A stretch of DNA of 64,000 bases from Lama guanicoe (Eukaryota). Below are positions 1 to 13,812 of this stretch, piece by piece. The first letter of the stretch is position 1. Each line of letters begins with the position of its first letter. Location: the NCBI GenBank assembly GCA_013239625.1, contig MU054391.1:9519095-9583094 (forward strand), read 5' to 3'. The notes beneath the pieces are model-generated. The model did no database searches. It was not told where the DNA came from and saw only the letters and a list, made by a program, of their open reading frames with translations. A program made the position numbers and the translations under genes.

Positions 1-1185
1 TAGTGGTTATACTCATATTATTTCTGAACTATTCAGACTCAAATATCAAAGTGTATTTTCTAGTGTTTCAACATGACAGATAAGATGGATATCTTCCCCC
101 TTTCCTGGTTTCCATGTTGTTTCCTAATGTTTTTGGTACGTTGATCTGACATGACATGAGAAACCAGCCTCATTGCCCTGCCAGGCTCCAGCCATCAAGG
201 AAGATGAGATTGAGCAAGGCTGAGAACTTGAAAAATGGGAAGTACGTAACTGTAGGAGCATTCATTTGCTTCAGGATGAGGAGAACCTAACATTCCACAC
301 GGCAAAAACAACATGATCCAACTTAGAGCTTACCTCAGGGACGTTACGTGAACCTCTGTGTTTGCTGAAAACAAGCGTTACCACTAACTGTGCCGAGGAC
401 CTGGAATATATTACACAGCCCATTGCATTTGTGTTCAGAAACCTCTTAAAAGAACTTGTTAGCGTCTCTTGATGCAATTCAAAGCAAAATGTTGAGAATG
501 AAGACACTGATAAGGTCAGGATGCTTCAGAGAGAGTATTACTCAGATATTAGTAACTTTCAATACAATCCATTTCAGCAATTTGGCAAGATTAGAGAATC
601 TCTGATAAGTCCATCTTTTTTGAATCTCAAGTTCTCTAACTCTGAAGAAGAGATAACAGTATTTACCTGTTTCTCTCACACAGGGAAATAAGAACAAATG
701 GGATAATTCTGACGATGCTCTCAGATGAGTCTCGAGATATTCTTAATATTTGATTCTTCTTTAAAAAGTTCATTGCTCTTTAAATGAAGTAATAAAGATA
801 TAAATATGTTATAAAACAAAGCTTTAAAATTAGAAGGCACACTGAGTCGGAATCAGACTTCCAGGAAACTCTTCTGCAGATCAGATTACCTGGAAGTCTT
901 ATTCTCCAACTTTTATTGGCCTATGGTCTACTCCGCAAACAAAAGCACTTGATTGAGGTTCCCAACTCCTAGATCCTATGTCTTCAGGGTGCATCTGTTC
1001 AGAATTTAAGCCAAACTTCAAAAGCCACCATATTTCTTTGATTTAGGAATTAGCATTTCCATTTACTCAATCAACAAGCATTTAGGCTCTGAGTGCTTGC
1101 ACAGCATGCTGAGAGGGCTTCAAAAGATGCTACGCACATCCTCCAGGGCGTCTGAGTTTTCACGGTAGTGGGGAGACAAAACTTT

Positions 1186-1255
1186 TAGTAGTAGCAGTAA
1201 CAACAATAATGGCAATAATAATAGCAACAACAACAACAGTAGTAGTAATAGATAA
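1186..1255. repeat. Compound low-complexity trinucleotide tract (AGT/AAC/AAT)
   Basis: agtagtagcagtaacaacaataat...caacaacaacagtagtagtaata. Confidence 0.75.
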
Positions 1256-1775
1256 TTAAAGCTCAAATGTGTGGAATTCAAGGTTCATTTAGTTTGAAAT
1301 GGTCAGGGAAGGTTCCAGAGAGGCAGTGGACTAAATGAGCCTTGGAGGATGATGGAGAAACCAAGATCTTGCGTGTCTGCTGCATTATGTCTATCCACGT
1401 ACAGAAGAGAAGGGAGGACATTTGTGTGCCTGGGCAAGGCATGAAAGACACAAATTAGCTAAACTTCACACTGCATTTCCACTCAGATCTGCATTTCTCC
1501 AGGGGAAGGGCGAGCCACCGTGATTAGGTGATACCGTGAAAAATCCTGACTATATGCTACGAAGAGAGAAGGGATACACGCATGTTAGGCGAGTGAGGCA
1601 TCCTCTACTACGTACATTCGAACAGATGGGAAAATAAAAACAAACTCTGTTGCACCTATGTAACTATTACATAGCTGGACTGATGAACACACTGGGCAGT
1701 CTGCATTGCCAAGGTGAATATTCACTTGAAGACAGCTTAAAGTGATAAGAAATGAGCAGCCAGAGGCTCCCTTAC

Positions 1776-1971
1776 CTGTCTCTGGGGCCAAGTGGCTTTG
1801 ACAATGGCTTCCGTTCTAAAGAACACAAGGAGCTTGCCATCCTCCTCCGTCAGGTGAAATGACTGTCCCAAAATCTGCAGCACGTGAATGCGGGGCCTCA
1901 CGGGCCAGGTGTCATCAGCACAGAAAGGCCGCAGCCACTCCAGCAGGTCCTCAGAGGAAACCAGCTCTTTT
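1776..1971 (-). CDS. NBAS: NBAS coding exon, 196 nt (KELVSSEDLLEWLRPFCADDTWPVRPRIHVLQILGQSFHLTEEDGKLLVFFRTEAIVKATWPQRQ)
   Basis: Acceptor ...gattttgcag|AAAAGAG, donor CAG|gtaagg. Translated by hand; this frame is absent from the ORF track. Confidence 0.95.
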
Positions 1972-2749
1972 CTGCAAAATCAGCGGTTAGAGAGAAACTA
2001 GTAAGTCTTTTTCTTTTTCATTCCAGTAATCAAATGTGATGACTGACCTAAGCACTTGTTTGCTGGCTGATTTTGTTTTTTTCCTATTGAGAGGAGAAAC
2101 GTACGTTTTAAATGGCTGAAAGCAAATTGTACTAGGTACTTAAAAACTGAAAAATAAATGTGATTTTTTAAAACAGCATCAAATTAAAATGAGCTACATA
2201 AAGCAGATAAAAAATAATCAGTATTAGTCAACATGTTCTTAGATACTCTGTTTCTTAAGTAAACTTTATTAAGAAGAGTGGCTGATTTCAAAGGTCTGTG
2301 AAGATGTTATTCCAGTGCCCATCCAGTTCCCAGGGCTTCACAGACCAACTTCTTGCTGAACGGACCATTAGCTCAATGGGCAGAATTAAAGATTTCCAAA
2401 TCAGACTGTTTTCATTGGAGCACTGCTTTCAGAGTGGTAAGTGTTTCTACTGTAATAGTTCATGTAGAAGGGAGCTAGGGTCGTGGATACCCAGGTGGGC
2501 ATTCAGAAAAATCTTTGATTGAAATGTTATTTCAGTCTTGGCAAACAAAATAATCCCTGTAATATAATTTTCATGGATGGCTTATCTCACCAACTAGTTA
2601 ATTGACTTGAATACAAAGGGAAAAAAAAAGTATGACATTTCTACTAGTGACATTAAGAGCATCAGGCATCATTCTGGTAATTTTACATAAACTATTACTG
2701 GTTGATAATAACTATGTTAAGTAAATATTATAAACACTATTTAATTTTA

Positions 2750-2990
2750 AATTTTTTCCAGTTTTATTGAGAGGTAAGAGACATATAGCATTGTATTAGT
2801 TTAAGGCATACGCTGTAATGATTTGATATTTGTCTATATCACAAAACAATGACCACAATAAGTTTAGTTAACATCCATCCCCTGACAGAGTCACAAGATT
2901 TTTTTCCCGAGATGAGAACTTTTAAGACCTACTCCCTTAGTAACTTTCAGACGTTCAATTAGTACTGTTAACTATAGTTACCACGCTGTC
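2750..2990 (-). mobile_element. L1 3' end fragment (L1MA-like)
   Basis: ttttattgagag...gtttagttaacatccatc...gatgagaacttttaagacctactc matches the antisense L1MA 3' UTR from memory; similar to 7750-7960. Confidence 0.7.
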
Positions 2991-4524
2991 CACGTAACAT
3001 AGTGACATAGTGTCGCTTTTATACTGACACTACATGCCCACAAACATCTAGACCAGTGCAACAGGACCCCAAAGGCGATGTTCTTTCCACTACTTTCCTC
3101 TGTGATAGAATTTCAATAAGGGCTTAGAGTATCTCTGAAGATAAAATTCGAATGTGTGGTTATTAAAGAACAGGGAAGTCTAAAAGGGTTCAGAGAAGGG
3201 GGACATTTGTACAACTTTCCATCCAGTGCTAGAATCTCTCTGCTTACATTCCCAGATGGACCCTCTCAGGAAAACCACTTGTTTGGTGATGATGTCAATG
3301 AACTTTCGATGACTGTAAAGAGGTCACTCACACAGAAGCCTCCCTTCCACCAGGCCCTGGAGATCCACGCTAGAGCACTGAATTATATAGGTTTTGTGAC
3401 AACCAGATCTTTAGGAGACTCCTAGCAGTAAATCACCTACACTGAGTTCCAAATTTCACGAACTAATAAGACGACAGGAAATTTTTTAAAACTTCCAAGA
3501 ATAAAATTCTACAATACTACCAAATATTTCTCTTAGTGTGCATTCTATAATATACTTGCCAATACAACCTCATGGCAATTTAAATTAAGAAACAAAGTTC
3601 ATATTTGTATTTAGGAATAAAACATATTACAAAACACTATGCACAACTGGTTTAAGCATTTCCTACATTTACAGAAATATTTGTTAGTTTTACCCAAGTG
3701 ACCTTAATATATATCAGAAATGGCAAGACTGGGAGCAAAAGCAGCAGAATGCCATAAACATTTCCCAGATATCTACCACGTGCAAGCAATCAGACAGTAT
3801 TGTGTATTATTAAGAGTATTATTTTGGAACTGGCTGGACCTGTGAATCCTGGCCCATCCTTTCCTAACAATTCTCAAAAATCATGAATGTCATCATTCCC
3901 GTTTTATAGTTAAGTAGACAAAGGTCCTAAGAAGAGTGTTTCTTGGAGTCTGTGAAACCAAAACAATATATACAAAGCACTTAGCACTCACTGTATGTGG
4001 CACAGAGGGAGGACTTAATAAAAAGTAACCATCATCCAATCATCATCATCATATCAGCATCATCAAAGTACTAGTTTGTACTTGATAATCAAGGATGAAA
4101 AATGATACGATCTCTGCCTTCAAAGAACTAGTAGCACAATGGAACAGAAAGGTGCTACAAGCGACTATGCTCTCAATTACTAACATAATATAAATTTGAA
4201 TAACTGCTTTGGAGGAAGAGCTAGTAGAATCAGAGAAGGCTTCGCAGAGGACGTGGCCTCTGAACAGGGTTATAAAGGACAGACAGAAGGTACACAAATG
4301 GAAAGGTGGCAAAATATACTCCAGAGAAAGAGAACAGCAAGGGGAAAATAAGTCAAAGATTTCAAAGGACATCACATGTTCAGGGAGCGATAAAACCACA
4401 GACGCCTGGAGGTAAACGAGAGGAGAGAGCTAAGCAAGGAGAGGTCCGCTGACCTGGACTACCAGGAGCTCGCACACCAGGCTCAAAGCGCAATGCAGCT
4501 CCACGCTGTGAAAGCACGGGCCCT

Positions 4525-4740
4525 GTGGTTGTCAGGCCCAGACTCCCCGCTTCCCGACGGCGCTACGCTCACCAAGAAGTTACCGAATGGTCCCAGCCTC
4601 AGTTTCTTACTGGTAAATTGGAGATGGGTAACAATCCTTTACCCATGGGGTGGCTGAGAATTAAATACGTAACATGGAATAATAAAGCATATAATACCCA
4701 TATCTGACCCATAACTAAGAGCTTCAATTAGTGGCAACAA
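4525..4740. mobile_element. MIR SINE remnant
   Basis: MIR core cctcagtttcttactggtaaattggagatg...gagaattaaat. Confidence 0.65.
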
Positions 4741-6877
4741 TGATATCACCGAGGACGATGGTCTGATTTTGTGTGAAACGGGAATGAAGGGGGATTTCTG
4801 AGCAGTGAAATATCATAGTCATGACAGTGCTCGGAGAAGTAGGCTGGCGGGGCACGCGTGAGCCCTCCCGTGAGGCCTGCGTGGTCAAATTAAGTATAAT
4901 TCAGGAGAAGAGTAAATCACGTTTTCGGCTTTGAGCCCAAGCCAATTTCACATCATGAGAAACTGACATTTTGACCTTGCCACCTGTGTTCCAAGTGCGG
5001 GCAGGTAGGACGAGCTAGAATGAGAAGAAGGTGGAGTCACGAAGCCCAGATGGAAGTTGTAAGAGTAATGTAAGACCTGCATATGGTGAACAAGAATGAA
5101 AGCTGTGATCAACTATGAAAGCTGACTATGCGCCATGAACTACATTACTCCATCATCACTCTCTTTCTCATGTATTCTGTTACCATCTCCAGTTTGAAGA
5201 TGAGGAAACCACCACAGAGGGTTTAATAACTCGTCCACGGTCACACAGCAGGCAGTGGAGCCAATACCTGAGCTTGGACTATCTTACTGCCCAGTCAATC
5301 ACTATGCGCTGCTAACCAAATAGGGGCATATTCCAGAACACTGTGGCAGTAGATTAAATTATTCAGATACTGATGTGATACAGAAGGATTACTATTATCG
5401 TGTTTCTAAGTCATTAAATTGAGTTACATTCCTCTTACCTTGGACATTTTGGAGAAAACTGCTCTAACTTTTGGCTGATAGTTCAAATACGTCCTAAAAT
5501 TACGAGAACTCATTCCTAAAACAGGAGCATTGTGTTCCAGGGGCACCATGTTCCACATGAGCCTGACTGTATATCATGGGAGTGTCTGTGCTCAATACGG
5601 CTACACAGAAATGAGAAGTAACTACAGGAAAAGCTGTCCAGGACACCAACTGCACACTATCTCCTACAGGTTTTAGCTGCAAAATATTTACATTTGGGTT
5701 TCAATTAGAGTTTTTAAAATTCATAGTCACTCTTATGATTCAGCAAATAACACACAGAGAAAAGCAGAATAAAAGAATTGTCATAAAATGTTAACAACTG
5801 GTGAATCAAGGGGAAGAAAATGTAGTCATTTTTCTATCTTTGCAACTTTTCTGTGGGTTTGAAAAATTTCAAGGTAAGTAGGAGGGTAAAAAATAACTAA
5901 TTATGCCTTTTATAATATAAAAAACCAGAATGGGAAGAAAAATGATTCCATTTTTACAGTATTTTATGAAGGCAAGGAGAGGGCTTAATGAGCTAAAGAA
6001 TAGAAGGAGAACATGATTTCAAAACATTTTTACCTTATAAAAGTTATGCAAATGATTTTATTAGATACAAAACAGATAGTAGAGAAAAACCTCTCATAGT
6101 TCATTGCAAATATGCAGACATTTGCTTTTACCTTTTTCCTTATAATGAGGATTTTCAGGGGAGGTTATTATACTGCACAAGGTAATTCAATACACTATTT
6201 TTTAAGAATTAAAAAGGGAACACACATTTCATATAATCAGTTTTGGTCTAAAAGATAAGGCGTCTTCTGAAATATACAAGTTGCTCTGTTAGCAGGAAAG
6301 CTCAAGAGCAGCAACAATGACAACAAAAACAGGTCCCTGAATAATTAACCGGAGAATGTGATGTTCTGTCATGTAATGTAGCATGAGAGGGTATTCACAA
6401 AACTACAAAGGGATGGAAGGGAGATGGAAACTAAACAAAGGCAATTACTGAATTAAAGAAAAAGACAAATTCTGAGAACGTTAACAAGCTGATCCTTTGT
6501 AAGAGCTTGCAGATTCTGCATAGCGTAACATAGGAAGATAACCCAACCTTGAACTTAATTGCTTAAGGTACATTAAAAGAGATAGCAAATATGAAAAGCA
6601 CTTACATATCATGATGCACTACACAAAATAAGATTATTGTTCTTACTTGAGACTGGGGGAAGGAAAGACTGCATTCAAACAAGAAAAACATAGACCTTTG
6701 CAATTTCTTGTAAATATAAATGTCATAGAATTTGAATGCTTGAAGGGAACATAAGGTCATTTTTTGTCTAATCTTTGATATTGAAGTTATAAACCAGCAG
6801 CCAAATTTACATCCTGGCTTACACAATATATGCCAATTTTTCAAAATTAAAATATTTTACACAATCAAGATTTTCCA

Positions 6878-7735
6878 CAACAGGAACATGAAAAGATGCT
6901 CAATACCACTAATTATTAGAGAAATGCAAATCAAAACTACAATAAGGTATCACCTCACACTAGTCAGAATGGTCATCATTATAAAGTCTACAAATGATAA
7001 ATGTTGGAGAGGATGTAGAGAAAAAGAAACCCTCCTACACGGTTGGTAGGAATGCAATTTGGTGCAGCCACTATGGAGGACAGTATGGAGATGCCTTAAA
7101 AAACTAAAAATAGAACTACCATATGATCCAGCATATATCTGGAGAAGACTATAATTCAAAAAGACACATGCACCCCAGTGTTTATAGCAGCACTATTTAC
7201 AATAGCCAAGACATGGAAACACCCTAAATGTCCATCAACAGATGACTGGATGAAAAAGATGTGATACACATATACAGTGGAATATTACTCAGCCATAAAA
7301 AGAATAAAATAATGCCATTTGCAGCAACACGGACGGACCTAGATACTATCATATTGAGTGAAGTAAATCAGACAAAGATAAATATTGTATGATATCACTT
7401 ATATGTGGAATCTAAAACAAATTCTATTTACAAACCAAAAAGACTCATGGACATAGAAAATAGACTATGGTTACTAAAGGGGGAAGGGCAGGGAGGGATA
7501 AATCAGGGGTTGGGGATGGACAGACATACATTACTATGTATAAAACAGATGAACAACAAGGACCTACTGTATAGCACAGGGAACTAAACTATATTCAATT
7601 CTTTGTAATAACATATAATGGAAAAGAACCTGAAAATAAATATATATATGTATGCACATGTATAACAGAATCACTTTGCTGTACACCTGAAACTAACATT
7701 GTAAATCAACTACACTTCAATAAAAATGAAAAAAA
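6878..7735 (+). mobile_element. 5'-truncated LINE-1 (ORF2 C-terminal remnant, 3' UTR, A-rich tail)
   Basis: gaaatgcaaatcaaaactacaat...cacctcacac, ggtgcagccactatgga, atgccatttgcagcaac, ending cttcaataaaaatgaaaaaaa. Confidence 0.92.
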
Positions 7736-7749
7736 TTTTTTTCAGCTCT

Positions 7750-7960
7750 TTTCCCCAGTTTTATTGAGATACAATGGACATACACTGTGAAAGTTTCAGG
7801 TGTACAGCATAATGATTTGACTTACATATATTGTAAAGATTACCACTGTAAGTTTAATGAAAATCCATCATCTCATATAGATACAAAAAAACAAAAACAA
7901 AAACAAAAAAAAACTTTCTTTTCCTTGTGGTGAGATCTCTTGGGATCTACTCTCTTAACA
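7750..7960 (-). mobile_element. L1 3' end fragment, tail-to-tail with the preceding L1
   Basis: ttttattgagatacaat...gtgtacagcataatgatttgac...gatctactctcttaacaac. Confidence 0.75.
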
Positions 7961-9354
7961 ACATAGCTCCTTTTTAAGTGCTGGAGGATGAGAACTCACT
8001 GGCAGCTGTCTTGTCTCCTTTAGATATGGCCTCCTGAGCTCCCAAGTTCCCCTCAGCCATCTCCACTACCTGCCTCCCCTTAAGCCCAGACCACTTGCTC
8101 ATTTCCATTACCTGCTTGGCCTCAGTAGGAAATGAGTTTGCAAATTCTGATCTGTAAGATGTGAGGCTAGATAAAGAGAGGAGGAAGGACAGGCAGGTGG
8201 GCGTGCAGGAGGGAGGGTGGGAGAGGCAAGCACAGGTAACTGTGAGTGAGTGAACAGTGAGGGACATAAATACACATACTTCTGGTAGGTCCCTTAACTC
8301 AGTTAAGGAATCTGTCCACACACTGTGCATGCTTTCCTCGCTACTCATGGAATTGGGTGGAACAGACATTTCCCAGGACAATGTCTTTTATTTACAAGCT
8401 CCCATGAACCAACTAGGGCACCTGGCAAACAATCAGAGGAAATGAAAATAAATGAATGTGAAATGTGCCAATGGCACTGCAGTAGTATAAACAGTGTGAC
8501 TTCCCCCAAAGCCAATACTCTTGGTGTGCACACAATCCCAATCTCAAACCTTAGCTTTTGATAAATACAACGTCCCTGTGGCCGGCTTTCAAATGTATGC
8601 CAATCAGAGTATCTTCTTGAGGTTCCTTCATCAATCAAAGCAAGCATGCATCTCGATGCAGTAAGGCAGAAATGGCAGCTGTGAGTCATAAATAAGGCCT
8701 AAGGTGGCCTCAAGAAATACTGCCTTGGTAGAGTGGGTCCCCCATCCTAGGTGGGGACTATGACTTTCAGCAGGGCTCGGCATTCCAGGACACAGTGTGC
8801 TCATGCACTGTGCCGAGCACATCTGACGATTTACTTTGCCTCATAGAGCATGAAGAGTAAGAAGAAATGGGATTCAATTTGCTCTAGTGGGTTTGTTTTC
8901 TTTGTTTTTGTTTTCTGGTTTTTTTTTTTTTTTGTCTTTTCTGTGCTTTAAAAATAATGTGAAGTCCCTAGGGAACAACCAAAGAGCTCAATGAAGTCCG
9001 AATGATCGGACACTTCAATATCCATGAAGCCAGAAGACAGCTGAGACTGGCACTGTGATTAAGCAGCAATTTAAACAAACACATGAAAACTCCTAAAATA
9101 CTCAACAGTTTGGAAGGCACTCTTGCTTCCTTCTTAAATAGCGACAGAGGAATTCCTCATTAATTGACTGTTTCCTGAGTGGATTTATTTCTGCACATCC
9201 TTTTGAGAATCACTAACATACTGGTTCATGCTTGTGGGTCATTCTTGTTAGGAAATCTCTTTAAAGGTATGCGAAGGCAGGGAGAAGACAAGGAAATAAG
9301 GCCAAGGCGGAGAGGAGTAGGTGGAAGAGGGGGGAAAACGGAGGGAGATGCCCC

Positions 9355-9508
9355 TTGACTCAAATTTCAGTCTATGGACTAGGGAGCACTTGGGAGCGGG
9401 TTAGAAATGCAGAATTTCAGGCCCCACCCACATCCAACCAAATGAAATCGATGTTTTAAAATCTGTATTTTAATTTCTAAGCACAATGATGTTTTTGAGA
9501 AGCACTGC
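9355..9508. mobile_element. MER5-like hAT-Charlie DNA transposon remnant
   Basis: ttagaaatgcagaatttcaggccccaccc...tttgagaagcactg. Confidence 0.6.
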
Positions 9509-9958
9509 TTTCCTGTCCACTGCAGGCTCTCTCATGTCAGAAGGAGATGAGATACGGTGAGAGAAATGCACAGCGTGTCCTCACCTGGGTGACCCCGGAC
9601 AAACGACAAAACCTGTCCGAGCTTCATCTCCTAATCTGTGAAAAGGAGATGGTACCATCACTACTACTACTGACACGACAGGGTGGCTCCAAGGACTTGA
9701 GCGAGTTGCTAAATAACCCTTTCAAAGCTCTTGGCACAGAGTAAGCAACACATGTTCATCAGATTTTTGTTTTTAAAATGCATGGCGGTGTTTTCTTCAT
9801 TCCTGGCTTAACGGATATACGATTTCAGAACATTATAATTTTAACTTGAATTGCTTTTAAACTTATTTTTCTTAAGCAAACTAATAAACTAATTCTCAAC
9901 ATAAACTAGAAGTTTAAAATATATTATCAAAATATGATGTTACAGATATACATAAATG

Positions 9959-10392
9959 CAGGCACACCTCCTTTCATTACACTTCACAGATACTGCGTTT
10001 CTTTGCAAACTGAAGGTTGCTGGCACCCGTGCACTGAGCAAGCCTATTGATGTTATTTTTCCAAAAGCATTTGCTCACTTCATGGCTCTGTGTCGCATTT
10101 TGGTAATACTCACAATACTTCAAACTTTTTCGTTACTATTACATTGGTATGGTGCTCTGTGATCAGCGATCTTTGATGTCACTATTGTAATTGTTTCGGC
10201 ATTTTTTTTAGCAATAAGGTATTTTTTAATTAAGGCACGCACACTGTTTTTATCAGACATAATGTTCTTGCACAATTAACAGACTACAGTAGAGTATAAC
10301 TTTCATGAACATTGGGAAACCAAAAAATGTGTGTGCCTCGCTTTATTGTGGTGATCTGGAACCAAACCCTCAGAAGCTCTGAGGTATGCCTG
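9959..10392. mobile_element. Internally deleted Tigger1-derived non-autonomous DNA transposon
   Basis: Terminal inverted repeats caggcacacctc (9959) and gaggtatgcctg (10381-10392); homologous to 49981-50490. Confidence 0.88.
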
Positions 10393-10750
10393 CAATGGGA
10401 GAAAACATACATTCATAAAATAAATTTAGTATGCATGAGCCTCTGAATAATTAATTATCTTAATCACATCTTTAATTGTAGATGTTATAAAAGGCTTTTG
10501 ACACCATTTCAAATCCCTAGAATGCTTCACCCTGCTATCTAGAGGAAAGAATGTGGTTAAACTGAAAAGGAAGTCTGTCTGTACTGGAAGTCTGTCTGAT
10601 CGTTCCACTGGTGCCTGCCTGGGTGTCGTGGTTTTATGCCGTTTACACTAAACACAAGTAAAAGAAGAGGAAAAGGGGGCTTTAAGGGACAGGCAGGGGC
10701 TACAGTTAAAAGGCAGATGATATCTGTACCAATATAAAAAGTCAAAAGAG

Positions 10751-11188
10751 GCCATTTACAGCATCATGGACCTAGCAATTACCATACTATGTGAAGCAAG
10801 ACAGAAAGAGAAAGAAAAATACCATATGCTATCACTTGTAAGTGGAATTAAAAAAAAAGATACAGATGAACTTATTTACAAAACAGAAAGAGACTTGCTT
10901 ATTTACAAACAGAAAGAGACGTAGAAAAGAAACTTATGGTTACCAAAGGGGAAAGGTGGGGGAGGGATAAATTAGGAGTTTGGGATCAGCAGCTACAAAC
11001 TGCTATATATAGTAAATAAACAAGGTCCTATTGTGTAACACAGGGAGCTACATTCAGTATCTTGTAATAACCTATAATGAAAAAGAATATAAAAAAAAGT
11101 ATACATATATAACTGAAGCACTATGCTGCACACCAGAAACTAACATAACACTGTAAATCAACTAAACTTCAATTTAAAAAGTAAAATA
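10751..11188 (+). mobile_element. 5'-truncated L1 3' UTR with probable target-site duplication aaaagag
   Basis: Homologous to 7315-7735; aaaagag at 10744-10750 and 11189-11195; internal ~26-bp duplication (cttatttacaaa(a)cagaaagagac x2) near 10871-10920. Confidence 0.88.
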
Positions 11189-13722
11189 AAAAGAGCCAAA
11201 GGAGGACATGCTGATAATGGCACAAACCTTCTAAAAATTAAGCACAAAACCAAACACTTGGTGGTAGCCATTATACACACGGCCAAACTGACTCTTCTAC
11301 GCCATCTTCCTGGCAGACATATTATGGGATGGTGTATGCCTCACCTAAGAGTGTGAGAGTGTGTGTGTATGAGAGAGAGGTGACAATGTGTATGAAGAGA
11401 GGTGATCGGCCATTTAAACAGATGCCACAGAGGGCAGTGGATGTCCCAATTACAGGGCCGGGACTGAGGCAGGATGAGGGCACACCAGCCTAGCACGGCC
11501 TCCTGGAGGTTAGTTGGTCATGTCAGAACAAGTAATGAGTGACCCAAGAGCGTTACTTTAAAAGAGCTTGAATCCCCATGTCACTCTGAGACCGCACTGG
11601 GAACGACCTGGGAAGAGCGTGAGTCCAGCGGGCACGCCGGCGGGAAGGGGAACGGAAGCCCAAGGGCGTCACGTTTAACTGCGTACACTCAAGAACACCT
11701 GGCAGGAATGAAATTATGACTTTGTCTTTCTTCCTCTTTTTTTAAGGAAACACAAAAGGTTCACTGAAGTGGTGTTTTGTTTGTTTGTTTTGTTTGTTTG
11801 TTAAGGAGCTTTGTTATTCTCTGTCTCTGGGATGAAAAGTAAGATCTTGTTCTCTCTCTCCCCCAGTGCCTTCCTCTTTGGAAATCGAAGCTTAAAAAAA
11901 ATAGTCTGCTGGATTCTTCTATCTATCTCGCTGGAAATTCTCTAAGAAAAACACTGCCTTCTAATCTTTCTGAGATGTCCCGGAGGGACAAGACTGAGGG
12001 ACCCCACTGGAAGGGGCTTAACGCAGTGCCTGTTAACATCCCTTTCATCATGTGAAGCCAGAATTCAGGTCAGCACTACCTGACAGCAGCTCACTGGGGC
12101 GGCGAGCTGGGAACTGACGGGTGGGCTGTGATTGGAATGGCAGCAGCTCCACGTACCCTCTAGAAGGTGGCTGGCTGACGGTCTCCCACGCAGCATCTCT
12201 GCCTGCATCTGTCTCCTGCATCTCCTTCATCTGCCTTGTTCTGGCAGTTTCCCCAGCCTAGAGTACCATTATCCACCTCTTCCTCCTCCTCATGGACTCA
12301 GGTTTCATAGAGCAGGTCCAATACCACCCCTTGCGGCTCCTGCCCTCACTTCCCAGGCAGAAGAAGCCCCCACTCCCTTGCTTTCTGCATGACATTCACT
12401 GCTCTGCTGCACATAACCAGGGCCATGGGCAAGCTGGTCTTCCCGGCAAGGCTCCAAGCTCTTCCGGATTGGTGCTTACTTCTGACCCAGAACTAACTGC
12501 TCACGAAGGCGCACAGAGCATGACAAGCGGTCAACACACAGAACAATGACATTCCTCTTTAGAAATAAGAGGCCTAAGGTAGCTACAGCCAACTCACAAA
12601 CAGAGGAGTTTAGAAAAACCATGCAAAGAAAAGGCCGAGTAAGTAGAGGGCTCTGCTCGCCGTGTTTTTCCAGATCCACCCACGTGGCTCAGCCTGTGTT
12701 CTTTCACTCAAACCTTGGGCACAAAGCGATGCATGGAAATGCGCTAAAAAGGCATCTGAGTGCTAAATTATGACGCAGGGCTGGGCTGGAATCCTGGGTC
12801 TATCTCCCAGGTCTACGGCTCTGGGCAAGTCAGTTCCTCTCTGTGAACCCTTCTATCCTCATCTGAAAACAGCAACAACATGTGCAGCTAACAAAAATCA
12901 CAACCATTAAATCAACAAAGATAAATGGAAAGAGTTCCAAAAGCAAGTAAGTAAAACAGAAAAGTGTTTATATGTTTTGATCAAAACTGTATAAAAATAT
13001 ATCTGTACCTGAACAATAACTAGATGGTAATATGCAAAAAACCCAATTATACTACTGAATAAACTATGAGGGGTTTTCTCAAATATGCTTCATTATTATT
13101 ACATCATATTTTCCACTAAAGAAAGAAAACTGGAGTGAGGCCTTCCAGGACTGCCATGGACATCAGACATACGAAAGGTCTTTGAAAACTCTGGGACACA
13201 GAAAACTGTCACATTGCTGTTGCTGCTATGCCTACCACTACCACTGCACCTGAACAAAAAATCCTTCTAAAAATGGCACGGAGACATACACTGCCCCAGA
13301 CTTACAAAGCCCGTATATGCTTAGTCATCAGACAAGACAGATCTAACATATAAAAGGTGTTTAAAAAAATGACATATACACTCGGGGAATTTCCATACGT
13401 AATCATACACTTAGCCCCCTGGAGACGTGCAGCCTTCCTGTCCTCAGAGGCTCAGAGCAGTTTCCTTCCGTGGCCTCCCTCGGAAGAGAGTGCTCCATGC
13501 AAGCAGGGCTCAGGAGGGAAGGAGAGTTGTCCTGCCGGAGCTGATGGGGTAAGAGGATGGCCGGAAAATGTGTCTCCAGATGCACAAAGTCCTTGGCTCT
13601 TCCTTCAGAAATGCCTAGAAAAGACGCTTAGTCCTGGAAGCTCCATAAACATGGATCCTAAAAGCAATTCAAAGACTCGACGGACATCATTAAGTCAGAC
13701 ACACAAATTGCTCTAGTCTTAC

Positions 13723-13812
13723 CCCTTGTCCACACTGGCGTGGACTGCGGCGACAACCCCTTCCAGGACGCGGAGCGGGTCTGCCGGCCCTCCAAGGTCA
13801 GCACTGCCCTCA
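13723..13812 (-). CDS. NBAS: NBAS coding exon, 90 nt (EGSADLGGPADPLRVLEGVVAAVHASVDKG)
   Basis: Acceptor ...gtctcccttcacag|TGAGGG, donor AAGGG|gtaaga; phase 2-2. Confidence 0.94.

Noticed and set aside
6878..7400. Active L1 ORF2 (also 34575-35600)
   Set aside because: Both are 5'-truncated and lack any long open frame.
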